Source of the DNA: Promethearchaeota archaeon
GTDB lineage: Archaea; Asgardarchaeota; Lokiarchaeia; Sigyniarchaeales; SOKP01
NCBI GenBank assembly: GCA_048941265.1
Contig: JBHLNT010000026.1
Location: 1 to 37,028 of the forward strand
DNA: 37,028 nt
Direction: 5' to 3'
Part shown: positions 1-7,465 of the stretch, piece after piece
Layout of the letters: each line of letters starts with the position of its first letter
How positions within the stretch are numbered: the first letter of the stretch is position 1
Notes under the pieces: generated by a model
Told to the model about the DNA's origin: nothing
The model's input: the letters and a program-made list of their open reading frames with translations, nothing else
Databases searched by the model: none
Position numbers and translations under genes: made by a program

Positions 1-470
1 CCCTCTAATTCACTTGTCTCTAAATTTAATAGGGCATCTTTCTCTTTTCTTTTATATTCCTCTGCCCTCATTTTCCATTTATTAGCCTCATCGATATCAA
101 CATCTTCTTCATCTTCTAATGATTCAGCTGCTTTAGCTCTGCAAATATCGGATAAGACGGAATAGCAAAAAGCTAACTCCCCCCATTCTTGGTCGCTTTT
201 CAATTTTTCAATACGTTTTTCTAATCTTAAAAGTTCTTGATCTGCGTAATACATATCGATAAAATCCCCAAACGCATCGACAGGTTCTGATATGGAATTC
301 ACTAATACATCTTTCGTTAATCCACAATAACCACATTTTACAGTTGCAATCGCAGATTTTCTAATATTTTCCACTTTTACTGATTTCTCCCCACAATTTG
401 GGCAATTAAAGATTTTGGGGACTCTTTTTACTCTTTTATAAGTTTGCTGTTTTCTTTTTCGTCTTCCCAT
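1..470 (-). CDS. elf1: Transcription elongation factor Elf1 with C-terminal helical/acidic extension (3' end runs off the window; absent from ORF track)
   Basis: Manual translation from ATG at 470 (GGAG RBS at 477-480 on the - strand): MGRRKRKQQTYKRVKRVPKIFNCPNCGEKSVKVENIRKSAIATVKCGYCGLTKDVLVNSISEPVDAFGDFIDMYY... This has the basic N-terminus, two CxxC pairs and the EPVD(A)F..FID motif typical of Elf1. The frame stays open to the window edge. Confidence 0.9.
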   Translation of the reverse strand, partial: MGRRKRKQQTYKRVKRVPKIFNCPNCGEKSVKVENIRKSAIATVKCGYCGLTKDVLVNSISEPVDAFGDFIDMYYADQELLRLEKRIEKLKSDQEWGELAFCYSVLSDICRAKAAESLEDEEDVDIDEANKWKMRAEEYKRKEKDALLNLETSELE

Positions 471-671
471 TTACATCTCCTTATTTTAAAATTTTAAATT
501 ATAAGTATTAGAAAAGAAAAATAGGTAATTTCTTATTCATAAGTACATAAGTAATTAAAACTAAAAAATTTTTGCTTTCTAAGCTAAAAATCGTAAAATT
601 TTTTAGCAATGATTTATTATTTAAACTAACTTTTTTTGTCTAATATTTTTGTACTGTTTTAATCAAAATGA

Positions 672-1799
672 GTGGATTTTAGGTTAATGGAACATAAAAA
701 TTTATCATTAGAATACGATAAGAATTTAATTAATAAAATTTTGGATGATATTAATATGAGATATATCATCCTATTTCAATACATTATTAGAAATGATTTA
801 TTTGCAGATTTAAATGATAAAAATTTAATAGAATCTTATGAAAGAATTTTAATCCTGGATGATATTTTTAAAGGAAATGTCATTAATTTTTTAGGCGAGT
901 ATCAAAATTTTATTGAAGTAGCGATAGACTTAGGATTATTTAAGAATATAAGAACTTTAAGAGAGTTTGAACAGAAAGATAATGACTTTATTTTGAAAAT
1001 GGGTGAAGAAACAATAACCATCGAAAAAAATACCATAATGACTCCTGAAGATACATTATTTCTCATGATAACTAAAAAATTTAAGTTTCTCACTAGAAGA
1101 AATTTTAACTTGGCCCTCACAAGGTTAAAAGGAGTGAGATGTGAAATATCCAGCACAATTCATTCTTTTATCTTTGAAATTGGACAAGGAGATTATACCT
1201 TAGCAGATGATCTCTACTACATTTTAGATCAATACGGAAATATTTATCAAGCAATTAAAATAGAAATAACAATTGAGGGATTCTATCAAAGATTTGAAGA
1301 GATTGCCAAAAAAGTTGATGAACTTATTGAAATATTTGATCCTGCTTTAAATAGTAAGAATATTGTTAACAATATACATAAAACAATTGAACAAAATAAA
1401 GACATTTTTGAATACCTGAAAGAACAGAAAGTAAAATTATCTGACAAGTTTAAAAGTAAGGAAGATATAAAGGATACTCAGGTTTCTAAAGAATGGAATT
1501 CTAAACTGATGCATTTATTAAAATTGAGGTTTCAAATTAAAAGTATTGATAAAAAATTATTAGAAATTAAACAATACTATTCGGGGAAAAATAAAAAATA
1601 TGGTTATTTAGAATTTATCGAAAAAGTTTCATTTAATGAAGATAACATAGTAGATGAGATACAAAACTCATTATTAGCTTTAAGAAAAGAACTTATTGAT
1701 ATTAATAATGAATTTTCAAAATTAACGAAAAAGGAGATAAAACTTCTTAATTTAGATTATGAGAGATATCTAATAACGAGCAGTGATGATGAAAAGTGA
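672..1799 (+). CDS. Hypothetical protein: putative winged-helix segment followed by long helical/coiled-coil C-terminal half (operon gene 1; ATG at 687 is an alternative start)
   Basis: 375-aa ORF. LTRRNFNLALTRLKG...FIFEIGQGDYTLADD resembles a wHTH recognition helix plus wing, and heptad-rich helices follow. Its stop overlaps the next start (GTGA, 1796-1799). Confidence 0.75.
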   Translation: MDFRLMEHKNLSLEYDKNLINKILDDINMRYIILFQYIIRNDLFADLNDKNLIESYERILILDDIFKGNVINFLGEYQNFIEVAIDLGLFKNIRTLREFEQKDNDFILKMGEETITIEKNTIMTPEDTLFLMITKKFKFLTRRNFNLALTRLKGVRCEISSTIHSFIFEIGQGDYTLADDLYYILDQYGNIYQAIKIEITIEGFYQRFEEIAKKVDELIEIFDPALNSKNIVNNIHKTIEQNKDIFEYLKEQKVKLSDKFKSKEDIKDTQVSKEWNSKLMHLLKLRFQIKSIDKKLLEIKQYYSGKNKKYGYLEFIEKVSFNEDNIVDEIQNSLLALRKELIDINNEFSKLTKKEIKLLNLDYERYLITSSDDEK

Positions 1800-2773
1800 A
1801 ATGTCCCGCATGTAATATTGAAATGGAACAGTTAGTTGCTGGAATTTATCAGTGTCCTCAATGTAAAAAAATAATGAAAGAAGAGGCTCAAGAGAAAGGA
1901 AAAGAGACACAAAAAATCGCTGAAGAAGGCCTTTTTCAAGAAGGAGAATATTTTCACAAGAGCGCTAGTTTAAATAAACAATACGAAATAGCCGAAAAGG
2001 GCATCACTATTTCAAAAACCCCAAACCGCTGGTTTTCGGTTCTAATCTGCCATAGTCCACTATTACAAAATGAAAAATATATTCGGTTATCATGGTGGAA
2101 AAAATCGTTTTATCAACATGCGGGTATGTTTAAAATTTATGATAAAGAAGTTCTTAAAAACACAATTAGAAGTTTAGAAAAAATTGACAATGGATTTGAT
2201 GATCTTTGGACCTTTCGTGGAAAATTTAGGAGAAGCAGTCCAAAGACTGAAGAACAACAGGAAAAAGAAAAGAAGTTAGATATTATTAAATATCGTATAT
2301 TAGAAAATCGAACTTGCCCGAAATGCCAGAAAAAAATGGATAAAATGAAATCCCATTATGAATGCCAACATTGTGGAGAAATTGTAATATTAGAAGGATA
2401 TAATCAACCAATTTTTAATATTGCTTCTTCTGATTTGGATATAAATTTTCAGGGAGATTTTCCTATTAACTTTTATATGCCTGTGGCGGGAATAACTGTA
2501 AAATGGTTAATGGGAGAATGGAAAGCATTAGTAGTCATATATTCGAAAGATAATCCGAATAAAAAGTGGCTTAGGTTTTATTGGTGGAATCGAGATTTAC
2601 AAAACATATTAAAATATGGACAGCGAGAAATGGGAGAAGGTACACAATTGGGGTGGAAAGTTCAAAAAGGAGTATCATCACCCAATCTTTATGATAAAAA
2701 ATTATTAAAACCATTAATTGATGCGCTTAAAAAAGTTGCTGAAGAATTAAATTGGGATATTGATAACAATTAA
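1796..2773 (+). CDS. Protein with two tandem [Zn-ribbon + PC4/YdbC-like ssDNA-binding fold] units (operon gene 2)
   Basis: Zn ribbons CPAC..CPQC and CPKC..CQHC. Each is followed by a repeat sharing GIT[IV]...W....K[YW][IL]R[LF]xWW...[IL]YDKx[VL]LKxxIxxLxK, which matches the beta-beta-beta-beta-alpha pattern of PC4-like domains. Confidence 0.7.
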   Translation: MKCPACNIEMEQLVAGIYQCPQCKKIMKEEAQEKGKETQKIAEEGLFQEGEYFHKSASLNKQYEIAEKGITISKTPNRWFSVLICHSPLLQNEKYIRLSWWKKSFYQHAGMFKIYDKEVLKNTIRSLEKIDNGFDDLWTFRGKFRRSSPKTEEQQEKEKKLDIIKYRILENRTCPKCQKKMDKMKSHYECQHCGEIVILEGYNQPIFNIASSDLDINFQGDFPINFYMPVAGITVKWLMGEWKALVVIYSKDNPNKKWLRFYWWNRDLQNILKYGQREMGEGTQLGWKVQKGVSSPNLYDKKLLKPLIDALKKVAEELNWDIDNN

Positions 2774-2793
2774 AAAATAAGTTGTTGTAAATT

Positions 2794-3936
2794 ATGATGG
2801 AGAATCAAGATCGCACATGGAAAGAATTATTAGAAGAGTTCATAAAAGGTATTGACAAAGCGATTGAAGAATTAGAAAAAAGGGATGTTGAAAATATACC
2901 AGGTGCCAAACAAGCCCTATTACAACGATTAAGTAATATGAAACTTCATTTTCCAACAAATGACGGAGAAATTTTTATAAGATCAATTAACGATAAAATT
3001 CAAAACGCGTTCTTTCCTGATACTCAAGATTTTACAGAAGCATTCGAAAAAATATTAAAATCTAGAACTCATGAACAAGATTTTATTATAAATGAATTAC
3101 TTAATGGTTTTGTTACTTCTAAAGCAAAAGCAATAGCATTAGGGACACAAGGACCAGTAATAGATCGAATGGTTGAAGCCTTTAGTAAGCGAAATGATTT
3201 TCATATTGTGGATCATCAATTTTTTGCGATGTTTGGAGATCCAAATAAACCACGTTCCTATATTAAAAAGCAACTGCAGGAATTGGTAAATATGTTTGGC
3301 TTAATCTCAAAAGAACTCGTGGTTGAAAAAGATAAAAGAACCAGTGAACGAAAAGTTTATACATTTTATACGTTTCCCGATGAGATCTTAAAAATTTTAG
3401 AAGAAAAGTACATTGAGATCGATGATGAACTTGGTCACGCGTATGTTTCGGAGGAATTTGACAGGACGGTATTTATCTGTATGTTTTTAGCAAATGTCGC
3501 AATTAATAGGGATGATCTTGAAAAAATAGGCGGCTCTTATACTATCAATGGGATATGTGCTATATTTGCTCTTGTACTACTACTAAGCTTTATGCCAAAA
3601 CTTTCTGTTGACGAGACTAATCCCATATTAAGAGATCAAACCTTCAATGAACAAAATATGAGTGTAATTCCAAAATCTTGGATGATGAAACAAGTGTTAG
3701 AGCCTTTGTTTGAGCCTCTTATTAAAGTTGTTGGCTATAGACTCGGTGGTGGCCTATGGTACTCAAAAATTATTGATAGTGAAATTAATAAAAAAATTCA
3801 TACCCAAATTCGTTTTCTCCTCCGTGATGTAAATAAATGGGTGCTTGGTCAGCTAGTGCGTGTCGAAATTCCGATCTTTGTCGAGATAGCTAATATATTC
3901 ACCGAAATTACTATAGGGACAAATGCGCAAGAATAA
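2794..3936 (+). CDS. Hypothetical protein with a putative central winged-helix domain (operon gene 3)
   Basis: 380-aa ORF. RSYIKKQLQELVNMFGLISKELVVEKDKRTSERKVYTFYTF fits a wHTH helix followed by a beta-hairpin wing. The C-terminal half is helical and hydrophobic. Confidence 0.7.
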   Translation: MMENQDRTWKELLEEFIKGIDKAIEELEKRDVENIPGAKQALLQRLSNMKLHFPTNDGEIFIRSINDKIQNAFFPDTQDFTEAFEKILKSRTHEQDFIINELLNGFVTSKAKAIALGTQGPVIDRMVEAFSKRNDFHIVDHQFFAMFGDPNKPRSYIKKQLQELVNMFGLISKELVVEKDKRTSERKVYTFYTFPDEILKILEEKYIEIDDELGHAYVSEEFDRTVFICMFLANVAINRDDLEKIGGSYTINGICAIFALVLLLSFMPKLSVDETNPILRDQTFNEQNMSVIPKSWMMKQVLEPLFEPLIKVVGYRLGGGLWYSKIIDSEINKKIHTQIRFLLRDVNKWVLGQLVRVEIPIFVEIANIFTEITIGTNAQE

Positions 3937-3948
3937 TCATAATTTAGG

Positions 3949-5247
3949 GTGGTAAAAATAAGTAGCAGAAGAGAAAAATGGACAGATTTGCTGCCAAGGT
4001 ATATGACGTTCATTAGTCATATGAGACCTATTCTTAGAGAGACCCGGAGAATTATAATGGATTTAGACGCCGATTTACTCTTAGATACAGAAGTATTAGA
4101 TAAAATTCGGCAAGAAGAAGAAAAAAGAAATATTAGGAAAGTTAGAGCACTTTCAGAGTTTTCTGCTATGTATAGGTCTAATGTGTATGAGATAATTAAA
4201 GATTTTATAGTCAAATACCGTGATAAAATTCCCATCATAGATATTAAGGATTATATTATTGACTTTCTCCATGAATCAGTTGATGCGTTAAGTATTTTAC
4301 AAAATATCACTAATCCTGATCAGAGAAATTTGGAAAAGACCTATTTATATCGTTTAACCAAATTTATTGAAGATTTAATCTTTTCAAGGGGAAACAATAT
4401 TAAACTTATCTATGAAAAATTATTAGATCATGCTCCGAAGTTTTATGAATGTCAGCGGCATCTATTAATGCCTCATACTTATTATCGTGAAAAAATCGAA
4501 AATCCTGATTTTTTTGTGATTCCTGGAATATCTCCAAGAGTGTACCAAATTATTAATAATATAACTTCTCTTTACAATTTAGATCCTAATTTTGGAAGTT
4601 TCCCTGAAAAAGAAAACTATGAAATTCCAATGATTTTAACAAATGAAGTTTTTTTACCTTATATTGATTCAATTGCTAACGCGGAAGAAGAATCTATTGA
4701 AACTATCGCAGAACGTATTGGTCTTCATATTTTGGAGGGAATTTTTTTAGCTCCACAAAAAGATTCGGTTGAAATTTTCTTGGAGCATAATTTTTTACGT
4801 GAAAATAAACAATCTGATGGTTCCATAAGACTTATACCTCAATTTAGCAATGAAACGTTAATTCTCTACTACTTAGCTTTTGCCTCATTTAGGAGGGGAT
4901 TTTTATCAAAGGAATTAATTAATTGGATTTCCATGAATTTTGCATTTTTAACGTATATGGGTATATTAAAATGGAAATTAAGCGACGAAAACATATTTTA
5001 TGCAATTTTTAAAGATTTACAAACAAATGAAAAAGTTTTACCCTATTTAATGAAATTAATCTGTTTTCCTAATTATCTGGGAATAGATAAGATGAAAATT
5101 CGAGATTCCGTCCAATATAGGAAAGAGATTTTTAATTTCATTGGCAGTCAAATTGATAATTTAAAAGACTTTATAGAAGAAATTGCAATTTACTGCGAAA
5201 CAATAGAAGAAAAAAAGAATAAATACTTTAATAATAAGAAGAAATGA
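3949..5247 (+). CDS. Hypothetical all-helical protein, possible wHTH element (operon gene 4)
   Basis: 432-aa ORF with GTG start, 12 bp after the previous gene. SVEIFLEHNFLRENKQSDGSIRLIP resembles a helix-plus-wing element. No family recognised. Confidence 0.7.
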   Translation: MVKISSRREKWTDLLPRYMTFISHMRPILRETRRIIMDLDADLLLDTEVLDKIRQEEEKRNIRKVRALSEFSAMYRSNVYEIIKDFIVKYRDKIPIIDIKDYIIDFLHESVDALSILQNITNPDQRNLEKTYLYRLTKFIEDLIFSRGNNIKLIYEKLLDHAPKFYECQRHLLMPHTYYREKIENPDFFVIPGISPRVYQIINNITSLYNLDPNFGSFPEKENYEIPMILTNEVFLPYIDSIANAEEESIETIAERIGLHILEGIFLAPQKDSVEIFLEHNFLRENKQSDGSIRLIPQFSNETLILYYLAFASFRRGFLSKELINWISMNFAFLTYMGILKWKLSDENIFYAIFKDLQTNEKVLPYLMKLICFPNYLGIDKMKIRDSVQYRKEIFNFIGSQIDNLKDFIEEIAIYCETIEEKKNKYFNNKKK

Positions 5248-5253
5248 TAAAAA

Positions 5254-6363
5254 ATGAGTAATGTAAATAATGAAAAAGAATTAAAAATAACTTATACCGA
5301 TGATGTGATTAAGGAACGTCTTAGTAAATATGGTGCGGTATATTTACCTTCAGATATCAAAGAATCTGTCGATGATATTATCGGAAATGAAGTTAAAAAA
5401 GAAATTTTAGATGATTTTTTCAAAGCTTTACTGAAATATGAACAATTTACCGAACAGCTAAAAAATTCAAAATTAACTCCAAATTTGACAGTTTTGCTGT
5501 ATGGACCTCCAGGAACAGGAAAAACTTCTTTAACAAGAGGATTTGCAAAAAAATATAATATTCCAATTTGTATTGTAGAATCCGATAGACTTGTATCTCC
5601 TCTATTGGGGGACACTATTAAAAACATTAGAGGTGTAGTAGAATTAGCTGCGGATATTGCAAAAGATAGAGGGGCTTTTGTACTTTTTTTTGACGAAATT
5701 GATGCGATTGGTTCTGAAAGATCGAACATTCATGAAGTGGGAGAAATTAAACGTGCCGTTATTTCATTTTTACAAGTTATTGATAGAGTAAATTATGAAG
5801 GTCTACCCTTGGCAATTTTTGGCGCCACTAATCATCAGCACCAATTGGATTCAGCAATATGGCGCCGTTTTACCTTTCATCTCCATTTTGATTTTCCGGA
5901 TTTTCATTTAAGAAAAAAAATTATTGAATCATTTATCAATAAAATTAAAAATGCTAAAATTGGAGTTGATGATTCAATTTTTAATCAATTAAATGATGAG
6001 TATGGAATATATCAAAAAATTTCTAAAGATTTAGATACCAAATTAGGACATAAAGTATCTGAATTTGATGATAATACATTGCGAAATGAAATTAATAAAA
6101 AACATAAAACCGGAGGATTATTAAAATTAACATATGGATATTCCGGCTCGGATATCGAAAGAGGAACTAGAGTGGCTTTATTTAAAGCAATGCACACGGA
6201 GCTTTTAACATACGACCTATTTTATAATTCATTAGAACTTGTTGGTGGAACGGCAATCCATGTTGAAAGACAAGATTTATTAAGTAACGTACGATCCTTC
6301 GAAAGAAAACAAAATCAACATCGTGTTCAAAACAGTAAATCCTCTGGACCTCCAGAAATATAA
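5254..6363 (+). CDS. Classical-clade AAA+ ATPase, single AAA module, no MIT or Cdc48 N domain (operon gene 5)
   Basis: Walker A GPPGTGKT, Walker B FFDEIDAI, second region of homology ATNHQHQLDSAIWRRF with Arg fingers, and a GYSGSDI lid motif. Confidence 0.93.
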   Translation: MSNVNNEKELKITYTDDVIKERLSKYGAVYLPSDIKESVDDIIGNEVKKEILDDFFKALLKYEQFTEQLKNSKLTPNLTVLLYGPPGTGKTSLTRGFAKKYNIPICIVESDRLVSPLLGDTIKNIRGVVELAADIAKDRGAFVLFFDEIDAIGSERSNIHEVGEIKRAVISFLQVIDRVNYEGLPLAIFGATNHQHQLDSAIWRRFTFHLHFDFPDFHLRKKIIESFINKIKNAKIGVDDSIFNQLNDEYGIYQKISKDLDTKLGHKVSEFDDNTLRNEINKKHKTGGLLKLTYGYSGSDIERGTRVALFKAMHTELLTYDLFYNSLELVGGTAIHVERQDLLSNVRSFERKQNQHRVQNSKSSGPPEI

Positions 6364-6399
6364 ATTTAATCTCTTAAAAATTATAATAAATAGATATAA

Positions 6400-7458
6400 T
6401 TGGAAAAAATGAATAAGCCTCAAATATTTGATTTAGAAAAAATTAAAGAATTAACCAATCCTATTGAAGAACTCCAAGGAAATGTGTTTGAATTCCAAAA
6501 TAACTTTACCAATTATACTAAATATAAAGAAAAAGAAATTTCAGAGCTCCCATTTAATAAAGACTTTTCAAATCAGATCCAGACTGTTACTCAAATGCTT
6601 GAAGAAATAAGCAGGAAGCTGATTAAAATTTCAAATTTAAATATCAATAAGTATCTAATTTTTCAAGATAATTTAATTAAGAAATATAAAGACTCCTTTA
6701 AGGAAAATCTTAAAAAACTGAAAATAGATCAAACGAAAACAAAGAAAATTGGAATATTTCTTATTGAAAATCGAAAAATTAGCAAAATAATTGATAAATC
6801 TTCATATATATATGCTATTGAACTAAATCAATGGCTAGATTTATTAGAATCTTTAAAATCAAATTCACTTTTTCAATCATCAATCAATCGATGTAAAAAA
6901 TTTTACAATTTATTAGTGAGAAAAAAACTCACAATGGAATTAAACAAAATTCCTGAAGATGTTGATCCTGTTTTAATCAGTGATTTCAAAAAAGCATATT
7001 TAAAAAATCCCGAATTTACGTTTAAAGAATTTCTGCAAATCATTGAAAAAAAATTAACCGAAGAAGAATTAGGTAGTCGAAGAATTATTATTGAACAAAC
7101 TAAGGAAAAAGAAAAATTAAAAGAATTAAAAAAAAAGCAAGAAGCGCAACGCCAATCATATGAAGATTACTTGCGATTGTCTGATAAGGAATTCGAAAAA
7201 ATGAGACGAAAAAAAAAAAGAAAAAAACTATCGGAGCTCACATCAAAACAAGAATTGTCAAAACAAATACAAATAAGTGAGGAAATTTCTGAAAAAATTG
7301 AAAAATTTAAGTCTAAATTTGAAAATAGTTTTGAAGAAAAGTATTTAGTGCAAAAAGATGACGATATAGATCCACTCGATATAATCAGGGAAAGAAAAAA
7401 ACAAAAAGATGAAGAATATAAAGACCATATAAAAAAATTCAAGAATGTAAAAGAATAA
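6400..7458 (+). CDS. Highly charged coiled-coil hypothetical protein (operon gene 6)
   Basis: 352-aa ORF, K/E-rich helices, basic patch KMRRKKKRKK, C-terminal DPLDIIRERKKQK. Confidence 0.72.
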   Translation: MEKMNKPQIFDLEKIKELTNPIEELQGNVFEFQNNFTNYTKYKEKEISELPFNKDFSNQIQTVTQMLEEISRKLIKISNLNINKYLIFQDNLIKKYKDSFKENLKKLKIDQTKTKKIGIFLIENRKISKIIDKSSYIYAIELNQWLDLLESLKSNSLFQSSINRCKKFYNLLVRKKLTMELNKIPEDVDPVLISDFKKAYLKNPEFTFKEFLQIIEKKLTEEELGSRRIIIEQTKEKEKLKELKKKQEAQRQSYEDYLRLSDKEFEKMRRKKKRKKLSELTSKQELSKQIQISEEISEKIEKFKSKFENSFEEKYLVQKDDDIDPLDIIRERKKQKDEEYKDHIKKFKNVKE

Positions 7459-7465
7459 GACGTGA

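Noticed and set aside
583-607. GCTAAAAA / TTTTTAGC inverted repeat in the elf1/operon divergent region
   Set aside because: An 8-bp, mostly A/T match is expected by chance in this composition.
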